A stretch of DNA of 64,000 nt from assembly GCF_004010195.1 (NCBI RefSeq), contig NC_057711.1, positions 82,351,872 through 82,415,871 on the forward strand, in the 5' to 3' direction. The number at the start of each line of letters is the position of its first letter. The stretch's first letter is position 1. This document shows, one piece after another, positions 37,070-48,554 of this stretch. The DNA is from Chiloscyllium plagiosum. Lineage: Eukaryota. A program made the position numbers and the translations under genes. The notes under the pieces were generated by a model. It was given only the letters and a program-made list of their open reading frames with translations, had not been told where the DNA came from and did no database searches.

Positions 37070-38189
37070 ATATCAAACCTACAGCTCAGCGAGCAAACCT
37101 ACACCCTCACTGTGTATATGCCAAATGCAATTTCACAACATTTGACAGGATTTCATTGTGACAGATGGGTCTCCATGCTCTGCACGGAGAGTCAACTGCA
37201 CCATCCAGAAGCAGGGGAGGAAGTGTACACATGGTATTGGGTCATGAAGACACATTTATCCCTCCTCATTTAACAACCCTAATGTTCAGCTTGCTCTGTG
37301 CACAAAGGTGCAGATGATAAACAGTTGTCCAGCAATGTCTGTGCTGGCTAGGTTCAATATATAGAGAGGAACCATGCTAGACGATGTGCAAGGAGTAAGC
37401 AGCATGTGTGCCACACATTGCATGGGCCTGGTGACTTATGCTCTTTCCCTTTAAAAGCCCTGAGACCTTTGTTTACAGCAGCCCCTCTGTCACAGGCTGA
37501 GTCACTTAAGTCACCCACTCTGATCACAGCTATTTTTGACTCCATTGTGCACTTTTGTTTTCCAGCATGATGAAAGGTGACAGTGCACACTCCCCTGGTA
37601 GTTAGTAGCTCATCCTGTTAAACCCATCGACTTAAAACTTCCCCAAGCCTCTACCAGTGCGTACAGTTGCTCATTTTTCCCACCATACCTGACAAACAAA
37701 GTGATTGTGCCAGGTGTGGTCATTCACTGACCCTCTATGTTGAAGTTGGGATGGTCCTGATCATGGATAACGCTCTTCATTCCATGCTTTATCATATACC
37801 ATTCTTGCAATCCTGCTGTCCACCTCTTCACTACATTTCTGTGCCCCTGCCTAGACCCTGCATCACCAGAAATGAAGGCTAACTGACCAAGTTAGTCCCA
37901 CTGCAATGGCTGCAATTGCATCCCTACCTACTACCTTCCCTCTCAATTTCTGTGGACAGACCTGACTGTGGTCCTGACTATGAAAGGGCTTTTGACATGA
38001 CTGAACAGGACCTGGGCAAGACATGTCCAACTGCTGATAGTTGCATTTTTATTGCCCTGACCACATTAGCTCTATGCCCCCAGACCTACTGCTAACAACT
38101 GACTCGCTCCTTGGACTGAAGAGACACAGACTTCCTAACTGAACACACTAACCACACACGTCACTGTGGCCAATTCTCTCAACTGGTAT

Positions 38190-38895
38190 CAGATTGATTG
38201 ATTCATTCATTGCCATGTGTACTACCGTACAGTGAAAAGCTTTGTTTATGAACAGTATAGGCAGATCATAGTAAGCAAGGATGTACAGATCGAAGGTTGT
38301 AAAAAAAAAGTAGACAGGGCTTAAAGGTTACACTGCACAGGACGAGTGCTAGGTGAGATCAACGTTAGCAAGATCAGCATTATTTGAGGCTAGAGAGTCC
38401 ATTCATCAATCTAATAACGGCCAGGAAAAATTTGTTCCTGAAACTTATGGTGCATGTGTTTAGGCTTCTGTATCTTCTAAGCGAAAGTGAGGACTGCAGA
38501 TGCTGGAGATTAGAATCAAGATTAGAGTGGTGCTGGAAAAGCACAGCAGGTCAGGCAGCAACTGAGGAGCAGGAAAATCGATGTTTCGAGCAGGAGCCCT
38601 TCATCAGGAGTGGTGATGATGAAGGGCTCCTGCCCAAAACATCGATTTTCTTGCTCCTCTGATGCCAACTGACCTTCTGCATTTTTCCAGCAGCACTCTA
38701 ATCTTCTGTATCTTCTGCCTGATGGAAGAGGTTGTCAGAGATAATTACTGGGGTGCGATGGGTCTTTGGCAGCCTTTCCGCAGGAGCAAGCCATGTAGAT
38801 GGAGTCCATGGATGGAAGATTGGCTTCCATGATGGTCTACGCTGCATACACTATCTTCTGAAGTTTCTTATCGGGATACAGCAGTTGCCACACCA
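38190..38895 (-). mobile_element. Rex1-type LINE 3' fragment interrupted by a foldback element
   Basis: ATTGATTGATTCATTCATTG...TACAGTGAAAAGCTTTG is the reversed Rex1 tail; the body resumes after 38716. Confidence 0.65.
38479..38702. mobile_element. 224-bp foldback, PLE-like non-autonomous element with two inverted HHR-derived cores and perfect 14-bp TSD
   Basis: TSD CTTCTGTATCTTCT at 38465-38478 and 38703-38716. Arms ~38520-38606 and ~38616-38702 are inverted. Minus core CTGATGAAGGGCTCCTGCTCGAAACATCGA; plus core ATGATGAAGGGCTCCTGCCCAAAACATCGA. Confidence 0.85.
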
Positions 38896-39102
38896 GGCTG
38901 ACCCTGAATGACAGGTGCCTCCAGAGTCTTCAATGATTTCTACTTACCTATAACTTTCAGACATGACTGCCTGCTTGTTCTACATGTGGTCTATTTGCCA
39001 TGCAAGATGCTGGTGGATGGAGCAGGTATGAGATTGACATAGACATAGTTACCGACAAGAAGATGTCTGCCTCTGACTGAGATTTGCAAGTCAATTCTGT
39101 GA

Positions 39103-40455
39103 TAGACCAGTGAGCCTGACATTGGTGGTGGGCAAGTTGTTGGAGGGAATCCTGAGGGACAGGATGTACATGTATTAGGAAATGCAAGGACTGATTAGGG
39201 ATAATCAGCATAGCTTTGTGCGTGGGAAATCATGTCTCACAAACTTGATTGAGCTTTTGGAAGTAGTAACAAAAAGGATTGATGAGTGCAGAGCAAGAGA
39301 CATGATCTATATGGACTTTAGTAAGGCTTTTGACAAGGTTCACCATGGGAGACAGGTTAGCAAGGTTAGATCTCATGGAATACGGGGAGAACTAGCCATT
39401 TGGATACAGAACTGGCTCCAAGGTAGAAGACAGAGGGTGGTGGAGGAGGGTTGTTTTCAGACTGGAGGCCTGTGACCTCCAGTGGAGTGCCACAAGGATT
39501 GGTGCTGGGTCCACTACTTTTCGTCATTTATATAAATGATTTGGATGTAAGCATTCGAGGTATAGTTAGTAAGTTTGCAGATGACACCAAAATTGGAGGT
39601 GTAGTGGACAGCGAAAAAGATGATCTCAGATTACAACGTGATCTTGATCAGATGGGGCAATGGACTAAGGAGTGGCAGTTTAATTTAGATAAATGTGAGC
39701 TTCTGCATTTTGGGAAAGCAAATCTTAGCAGGACTTATATACTTAATGGTAAGGTCCTGGGAAGTGTTGCTGAACAAAGAGACATCAGAGTGCAGGTTCA
39801 TAGCTCCTTGAAAGTAAAGTCACAGGTAGATAAGATAGTGAAGAAGGTGTTTGCTGTGCTTTCCTTTATTGGTCAAAGTATTGAGTACAGGAGTTGGGAG
39901 GTCATGTTGCAACTGTACAGGACATTGGTTAGGCCACTTTTGAGATATTGCTTGCAATTCTGATCTGCTTTTTATTGAAAGGACATTGAAAGGGTTCAGA
40001 AAAGATTGACAAGGATGTTGCCAGGGGGTTGGAGGATTTGAGTTATAGGGAGAGGTTGAATAGACTGGAGCTGTTTTCCCTGGAGCGTTGGAGGCTGAGG
40101 AGTGACCTTACACAGGTTTATAAAATCATAAGGGGCATAGATAGGACATAGAGACCAAGTCTATTCCCTGGGGTGGGGGTGTCCACAACTAGAGGGCATA
40201 GGTTTAGGGTGAGAGGGGAAAGATATAAAAGAGACCTAAAGGGCAACGTTTTCATGCAGTGGGTGGTACATGTATGGAATGAGCTGCCAGAGGAAGTGGT
40301 AGAGGCTAGTAAGATTGCAACATTTAAAAGGTATCTGGATGGATATATGAACAGGAAGGGTTTGGAGGGATATGGGCCGGGTGCTGGCAGGTCGGACTAG
40401 TTTGGATTGGGATATCTGTTCGGCATGAACCGAAGGGTCTGTTTCCATACTGTAC
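39103..40455 (+). mobile_element. CR1 LINE RT 3' portion
   Basis: YMDFSKAFDKV, SGVPQGLVLGPLLFVIYINDLD, KFADDTKIGG, TRGHRFRV, tail. Confidence 0.92.
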
Positions 40456-41758
40456 ATTTGTATCAATGTATGACTTTGCTAACTGGCATGGCGATGGAAG
40501 GCGGGAATGTTATGAGAATGCAGTTAAGTGCTAAATGAGGCAATACTAAGACAGCAACCGTGCATTCCTTAAATGCAGCCAGGTACAGTCTGTGATGCCT
40601 GTCCCTTCCTTTCAATACAAGAATCCTTTAAATACAAGTTGCTGGTGCAATACAAATCTGTGCTTCTAGAACACACTTCAGTGAACAGTAGAAGTGCAGG
40701 ATGGTCAAGGTAGGTTGGAAAACTCCAGATGTCAACATCCATGGAGGAGTGTGTGCACCTGGTGCCTGTTGACTGTGTCCTGAGATGGTGTTACACAGTT
40801 TTCAGCATGGAAATTGTTCAGAACAGACGGTCAGCTGAATCTGCCAAGTACCCACTTTGTTCTCCTTATCACGTTTGCCTAAGATCCCGTTTGTTCTATG
40901 ACTTTGGTAAGATGAAAATTTGAATATTAATAAAGTGAGTTGTAGCATAACAAGGCACTTATCAAGTGTTAATACCTGCCAATTGGCAACTTCCCACTGT
41001 CTAGTGATAATCTCGCCACAATACATGTGAAAAACATAAAAGGCAGAACAAGATGATTTCAGAACCAAAATGGGCCTCACTATGGTTGTTGCATGAATCT
41101 TCCATAAATTGCACCATAGCCTACATTGCTCTGACCCTTATAAAGTTATGCCCATCATTTTTTAAATTGGGCTGGACATAATTGAAACAACAGTGATAAT
41201 GAGTCTGAAGTTTGGGCTATTTAAGGAGCCTAGGATGTGGCATTCTAGCAGTTAATTAGCTGCTGTCACAGCTTGTAAAGGATGCCATTTGGACGAGGTG
41301 GCAGCTCTTCAGTGCAAGCAGTGTCAATAAACGCAAAGTAATGTACAGTTGGTGTTATGTGTGTATTGCGTGTCTGTCTGTAGGATAGCCCACTCACCAT
41401 TTGTAGTCGGAAAAGGCTCTTAGTTGGCCCCGAACTGTCAAAATTAGGCTCTGGTATGGAGGGTCATCCTCCATCTTCTTCAGTGCTGGGAGAATTCTAT
41501 GGTGACAAGAAGGTGACAGTCCCACAACCTGCTGCCCTTCTCCAAACTTTTCAGCATCTCCATGCCTCCCAGGCTTCTCCTGCAAGCCCCATAAAATTCA
41601 GCCATGTTTGTATAATACCCCAGGGAATTGACTATATTGAATATAAACATGCCTGGAAATGTGTCAACTCACAGCATAATTGTGTGCTGCCTGCTTACAT
41701 CACTGTAACTTATATTGTGAGCATAATGACAATATTTGAACTGCAAAGACCCAAATAC

Positions 41759-41957
41759 CTTTAAAGTACTGTAAGACCAACTGCATCTTCTGTTCATGCT
41801 CCTTCTGTTGCATAGTTAGTCGTCTGTCTATCTCCATTGATAAACGTTCCACTGCAGATTCTAATTCATGGACTACATTCTCTTGTTCAGTTACCTTCAC
41901 AGACATTTCTGCACATTGCACCTGCAAACTGCGTTCAGTCTCACGTAGGCTAACGAC
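41759..41957 (-). CDS. KIF27: KIF27 internal coding exon (199 nt, phase 0/1)
   Basis: VVSLRETERSLQVQCAEMSVKVTEQENVVHELESAVERLSMEIDRRLTMQQKEHEQKMQLVLQYFK plus 1 nt. Acceptor TTTGGTAG|GTC, donor AAAG|GTATTT. Confidence 0.95.
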
Positions 41958-42678
41958 CTACCAAAGTTAAAATATTTAAAAAATTAGCATGTACATTTTA
42001 AAAACTTACAGTGAATACTGACCAAGGAACTATGTCACCAAAGAACAAATACAACCCGCCTAAAATCTCAAAACTTCAAATATGTTAAATGGACAATTCC
42101 TGATTGCCAGAGGAATAATAGAAGTTTTGTACTTGCTATCATTACTTTCTAACTTCTTTTGTGGCCAAAGCATTTTGCTGTTTTGTCTTCTTGCACTACA
42201 ATGAAAAAGTAAAGTTACATTATGGTCTCAGATCCATATTTTAGCCATCTCTTCAGGCACTCCCACATTTAATAATTATTTTAACATGTACAGCAGGATG
42301 TTCGCTTTGTACTTCTGAACCCCTCTGTCAAATTGAAATTTGCATCAGACATCCACGCTGTAGTCATTCATCATGATTTTACCCAGTAGGGCAATTAATG
42401 GCTAAAGGATGGGTTCACCATCCAACTAAGGAATGGCAGGCAAGCTCTTGACACTTGAGGCCATTCAGAGGCTTGTGCAGAGCGGCAGACTGTAATAAGA
42501 GAGAGGGTACTTCAAAAATGGAGGCGCACTCTGCAGCTTTTTAAAATTTATAATTGGTTTTGCAGCAGAAGACTACTGTGAGGGGTGGATAGGACAGCCT
42601 CTACAGGGCAGTCTGTGGTTGCTACAGCACTCAGCAATGCACAGTGTGGGCCTCAAAACCTGCCTGGAATGTTGGCCT

Positions 42679-42901
42679 AAACAAAAACAAAAAACTGTGG
42701 ATGCTGAAAATCTGAAACAAAAACAGAAATAGCTGGAGGAACTCAGCAGGTCTGCCAACATCTGTGGAGACAAAGCAGTCAATGTCTCGGCTTCAGTAAC
42801 CCTGCTTCAGTTCTGTGCACGGGACCTGAAATGTTGACTCTGCTTTGTCTCCACAGATACTGCCAGATCTGCTGAGTTTCTTCAGCTATTTTATGTTTTC
42901 A
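42679..42901. mobile_element. 223-bp older foldback element with decayed HHR-like cores
   Basis: Inverted arms AATAGCTGGAGGAACTCAGCAGGTCTG...TCTGTGGAGACAAAGCAG / CTGCTTTGTCTCCACAGA...AGATCTGCTGAGTTTCTTCAGCTATT. Probable TSD CTGGA(ATG/GCA)TTGGCCT at 42664-42678 and 42902-42916. Confidence 0.72.
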
Positions 42902-43134
42902 CTGGAGCATTGGCCTGTTAGCCTCATGCTGGGAGCTGGCTGCAGGCTACTCAATTAGCCTACCGGCTTATGGGAAGCTGGAGGCACAGTTACTTTTAGT
43001 TGCTATCTATCTCTGGTTCAGGCAGTAGCTAAAATCCAAAACCACAGTAGTTATTATGAAATAGAGAAATAGAAAGTCATATACACCAGAATCTCAAACA
43101 GCAACAAAATGACTTTGCTTTCCCTTGGGAGAGG

Positions 43135-43265
43135 AATTTGGCTTGTTCACCTGGAGAACTCCCTACTCCTCTGTGAATACTGCCAAACGAGGCTTAACAT
43201 CCATCTGAAATATGTAAATAGTAGATGGGACCTCAGTTTAATAACCCATCTGCAAGACAACAAGT
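43135..43265 (-). mobile_element. Old DeuSINE-like fragment
   Basis: GGAGAACTCCCTACTCCT...ACATCCATCTGA...GATGGGACCTCAGTTTAA...CATCTGCAAGAC resembles the reversed Deu core. Confidence 0.5.
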
Positions 43266-43636
43266 TGCACTTGCATAGTAAATCACCATCTCCCTGCTGC
43301 TTATGAGTGCAGGATATATTTTGTCTTAATTGTTAGCAACTCAGTACTGTGCAATGTACTATAGGTATAATATAACCACTACTAGTTCAAAAGCTACCAA
43401 AATTTAATAAACCACATTTTTAGTTTGAAAAGATATGTCTTGTTAAAATGAAAGAATACATGTCAAGATTACACAATACTGGATTAGATGGATTCCGGTT
43501 TTTCATAAACCTACTTTAATTCACATTTTCATTAAAGTATGCAAATTATTACCAATTAAATGCTGTTTTCAATTTAACAAATCACATTACATACATAAAA
43601 AATTATAGAACTGATGTAAGGAACGTATGGCTTTAC

Positions 43637-43843
43637 CTTATTAAAGTATCTGCATAGAAGGACTCTTGTCTCAGCAGCCGATAAAGCACCCAGTCTAAAC
43701 ATTACGTTTGCCTCATTTTGGGTAAGGCTACCATCTGAGGCCCTCAATGAATCTTGACGACAATTAATTGTTTCATTTTTGTATTCTATGGCAGCATCCA
43801 GAGCTTCAATGCCTTCCTCCAATTGGAAGAGTATTCGCTCTTC
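43637..43843 (-). CDS. KIF27: KIF27 internal coding exon (207 nt, phase 0/0)
   Basis: [36 protein letters not shown]...[12 protein letters not shown]. Acceptor TTTCTCAG|GAA, donor AAG|GTAAAG. Confidence 0.95.
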
Positions 43844-45385
43844 CTGAGAAATAAGACAGATGTGATTACTTGTTGAATGTGTCTCAATCCTGCTGGATTA
43901 CCTTGGTTACTATACCTGAAAGATGAGTGAGAACATTTTTGATAGTAACTTTCAAAAGGAACTGGATATGTACGTTAAAGAAACTGAAGTGTAATAAGCA
44001 AAGGAAGAGCAAGAGGTTTAACTAGATGGTTCTTTCAAGGAGCAGACACAGGTATGATTATCAAAATATATGATTTGGCAATAATTCTACCTTATCTTTA
44101 GTTCATCAATTCAATCCTTTATGCACTAAAATGTAATTTAGTTTTCATTTTTACTTTAAATTCAAATACAAGTTTTACAAATGCATGCCATTTAAGGTTC
44201 TGTATAGGAAACATTTTCAACGTCTAATTTAATTTATTGAGAACTCTTACAATTTTGTGTCATTTAAAATTCTTGACATTGAAGATGATGCAAAGCCAGG
44301 TTACTCAACTACAATATTTTTTGCATCTTGCACTGACTGTAACAACAAAATAACTCTGAATACCATGAAATTACAGGGCTCTACTTTGTGGATAGTTCAT
44401 TTTAATGTTAGAGCGAGCATGTGGGGACATTCCTTCTCATAATACCAAATGCCTCTCATATTAATCTTAGAAACTTCCAACAAAGTTCAATAGACATTCT
44501 GGATACTTCAAAAATATAGTTTAATTCTGACCTAAATTCACATTATAAACATGCTCACAATGTTTATAATAATGCATTTGAATTATTTAGATGATAATTG
44601 TGAACTTGATCTATTTCTTCTCATAATATATTATATAGAAAAAGTGCAACAAATAGTTTTTAAAATGGTCATATCAGTTCCAGAAACATAGAAAATGATG
44701 AGTGGGCTGTATGTTTAAGATTCTTTTTATGAATGCTGGGATTACAGTCTTGATGTGGGTTTTTTTGATGTAGAGTTTTCGTTTTGCTTTCATTTTGGCA
44801 ATGGCTACCAATAAAGTAACAGTTCTCTGTTACTGATTGATGTTCAAAAAGAGGGTTAAAACTTTTTTCACATCAATCCTATTCAAAATAATCTACAGTT
44901 GATTAGCAGAATAATCTATGTTCGGTGAAAAGAATGCATATGTGCCATGCAAGTGGTAATCAAATTGGAATGTCACCAATATGACTTTGTCAAGAAATGT
45001 CTTCATATGATCAGGTTAAGGTTTCTGGCCATTTTTGCTGTCTCCAGTAATTTTCTTCTCAGTATAAAGACTATGAAATACCATGTATCTATAATAACGG
45101 TTTTGCAGCTGTACATATTCCCTGGCAAGCTTTCCATTCTAGATGCCAGTCCATTGATAACAAACAATGCATTTGTTAAATTGCTGTGCAATAAGTGTAA
45201 GCAATGTACAATTATATTTCTATTATTCATGCCAACATAGGAAGTTATAATGACAATAGAAAAATAGGGACAGAAAGAGGATTTTAAAATGAGAGCTAAA
45301 TTATGCTGATTCCTCCTGGTCCAATTATTCCTGTACTCTAAAACTGCTTCATTTTAAAGATATACTTGAAAGAAAGAAATAGACA

Positions 45386-46685
45386 GAGCTGAATTTTACC
45401 ATAGATTAGCTAAGTGTCAATTTTGCAGAGTTTCATGGAAAGTTTTTCTTCATTTGGTCTCGTGAGTTATCTTATGCAATTTTTGGCTACTCACTTTGTT
45501 AAGTATGAATCACACTTCATGTGCCACTTTTACACTATCTTGTGTTCAGCAGTGGCAAAATGCTTACCAGGGCCAGGGCCTTCTTGCTGCAAGAAGTTTA
45601 ATGACCTTCTGTGCTCTACATAGGTAAGTGTCACCAACTCTCCTCTGCGACTGCACACTCACTTTAACAAACCATTGCACCAACTTCCCACGAAGATTAA
45701 TGGCCTTTCACTTTCAATACTGAATGCAGCATCTTCCTTCAATGACTCCTTCAATGACTCTAACCCTTCCCCGAACTCCCAACCCTTCCTGCCTTCTGCA
45801 CTTTCCACTCACTCACTTGAGACAACTCACCATCTTTTCTGACTGATATTAGACCAGCGCCTTGAATTGCCATAGTTCCTTTTGACAGTTCATTACTGCT
45901 AAACACGAAAAGTTGCTTAGCTATCTGTGCCACAAGGTACGACAAAGATGTTTGAATATCCAAGCACCTGAAACATGAGTGAGTACTACAAAAGAAAGAT
46001 AAGAACCCAGAGATGCACTTCATTCTGAAACAGGGAATGGGTGCTTGTCCCTGTGCTCAGATTGGTACTTTGCCAATATTAAACTCCAAACATGGGGGAG
46101 ACAGTTCACAGCATTCCTTCTAATTATCTTTCTGGTTGGGTGACAGTGATTTCTGGAACCAGACATGCTGATGCCAACTGCCATGCATAGGAACTTTGGA
46201 GTGTCTACACATGCATACATTCACACAGCTCAGAGGGAACACTGATAGATGATTGTTGCTCACGTAGTGTGTCCTGAGCAACGTTCTTTCTAAGCTGCGC
46301 AGCTGTTTGTGAGCTTAGCTGCTTCAACACTTTGCGTATGGTGTTTTGATTTATAGTTCTGGAAGTTGCAGTATACAGACTTGGAGGTTGACACAGAAGA
46401 ATAAAATTAGAGAGAACACTGATCCGGAGATGTTGAGGAATGCTAGCCAAGATGGAAACTCTTATATAGGAAGACACCTGTGAATTGCAGTTGTCAGTTT
46501 CCTGCTCCAATGTTCATGTTGGGAATTGTTGCTGAAGAGTTTCTTTTCACTGAAAATAGCAAACTGCATATAAATGAGATAAAATAAAGTAATAATGCAA
46601 TACGAATGCTGCAAATAGGCCTCTTTCACAGCTCACTATTGAAATTCTTGTCCCACCAATAAAACATTGGGTGAAAAATCAGACT
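45386..46685. mobile_element. Possible decayed Harbinger-like DNA transposon derivative
   Basis: Myb-end motif CCKKFNDLL followed by a GTAAGT donor (~45586-45630); degenerate inverted termini GAGCTGAATTTTACC and GGTGAAAAATCAGAC. Confidence 0.35.
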
Positions 46686-46953
46686 TATTTTCCTTGATGT
46701 TGAAAATCATATTTTTCTATACTCACCATATTTTACCACCTGACTTACTATTGCCCCCATTATACAAGGCTGGGAATATTATACCTACAGTGTGTTTCAA
46801 GATTGTAGAATATTAAGGAATTAAGAGAAATTCTTTATGATGTTACAATGTCTGGATCAATTGAAATTTCTAGTGACTTTCACATACACCCTCATTACTT
46901 CAGAACTAAGTAATGAACAAGTTTTTAAACAAAAAGAAAAGATATGATTATAC

Positions 46954-47169
46954 CTCAGGTGACAGAACATTTCCAAGCTCTAATTTCTCATCCAGACAGT
47001 GTCTTCTTTTCAGCAGTTGAGCTCTTTCCCATTGAAGTACTTGCATCTCTTCTGAAATGGTTTTTCTTTCCTCTGCAGTACTATTCTGAAGTTGAGTGCT
47101 TTTGTCTGATAATTCCCTTTCTATTGTGTTTAAGCGAATGGATAAATTTAAAATATCTTTGTTCAAAGC
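46954..47169 (-). CDS. KIF27: KIF27 internal coding exon (216 nt, phase 0/0)
   Basis: ALNKDILNLSIRLNTIERELSDKSTQLQNSTAEERKTISEEMQVLQWERAQLLKRRHCLDEKLELGNVLSPE. Acceptor TTTTTCAG|GCT, donor GAG|GTATAA. Confidence 0.95.
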
Positions 47170-48554
47170 CTGAAAAATAAATAATCAATATTGTTATAAT
47201 CCTAGTTGATGTTATTACTGGACAAAGCAGATCGCAGCCGGAAATTTGACTCTGCAGATCTTTTCTTAAAGAGGTAGTCTTACACAACCATGCAATGCAA
47301 TAGAAGTTTGTTATGCAAAATAAAAGAAAGTAAATCAGAATAAGCCAAGTTATTTATAGATAACACAATTTGAATGATTTTGAAATACATAGTTAAAAAT
47401 CCCATTTAGCTCAATACTATTACATCATGTTACATACTGTGATAAGGAGGGAACATCTGCTCCTCGATCATGTCTAAAATTTCATTCAATTGTTTCTTTT
47501 AAGCCCTGGTCTTGAGAGTTTGGTAGCCTCAACCTTGAGTATTCACAAAATTGAATTTAGACAGTCTCAACTTTGAATAACCGCTAAGGGTCTGAACCAA
47601 ACACTTCTGGTCTGGAACTTTCCAACTAAAACCCTTACACTGATATAACCTATTTCTAACTTTTTCTGAAGTATTTCCTTTCTTCATTATTAATGAGAAA
47701 AACCCTCTCATACACACTGACCAAAACCCACACAATACTACTTCAAAATCTAAACTCTAAAATAAATTTTATTAAAATAGATTAAGCCACACAGCTTATA
47801 CCACAATATTGATTTGTAGAGTTGGGGTCAGGTGTTACTAAAACCCTAATTCATTTTAACCCTAAGTATTTCAATGTAAGTGCTTCAAAATTAAAAATGA
47901 AAATTATCCAGAACTGATTATTTAATGAATAATTCAATAGTTGTATCAGAACTAGTACTGTTTCCAGTCAAGAAACATTCATATTGAAAGATTTTAGCCC
48001 AGGTTTTTCAATTAATGATGATGCAAAATGCTCATTGCTAAACTCAATGAAAGCTGTGCTAACTCAGCATGTGAAAGTTAATGTTACCTTTCTTGATGTG
48101 CAATAGCTTGTAGGGTAATTTAGTAAGGACTTCAAGTGTTGGTTGTGCTTCAGTGATGTCATTAAGCTGTCCATCAGCAAATCACATTAAAGAAGTCTCA
48201 CAATCAATCAAGAAATAATAAACACTAAGATTTAAACAACTTAAGAATTTAACAGAGAACAAAATAAAGATGAAATATTCATGAGGCTGAGAAGCTGAAA
48301 TATGAAAAAAACTTGTGTATTTTGAAAGATTATTTACAAGTTTTTAAAAAATATTGTAATTAATCATAAGAAACATTTAGCAATGTTCCTAAAGTAAACT
48401 ATTCCAATGTGACAATGGTTGTTCAGCAGTTACTACCTTAAATTTCCATTAAACATACAATTACATCATACTGAACAAGGCTTAACAATGATATGAAAGC
48501 AGAAAGGAGTCATCTCCAGATCATTAATTTTTCAATTGTTGGCTATGGAGAGTA

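Larger units (their letters stand above)
34833..37106 (-). mobile_element. Penelope-like element (Poseidon/Penelope-type RT + GIY-YIG), 5'-truncated and capped by an inverted ~360-bp copy of its 3' end
   Basis: RT motifs ISFDVTALFTSI, YKQTNGTLMGSPLSG, WVRYVDATF. GIY-YIG NIIYKIPCKDCHKHYVGQTGRKL. 34870-35230 is inverted at 36747-37106. TSD TCACTGT(A/G)T(G/A)TATGC at 34818-34832 and 37107-37121. Confidence 0.92.
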
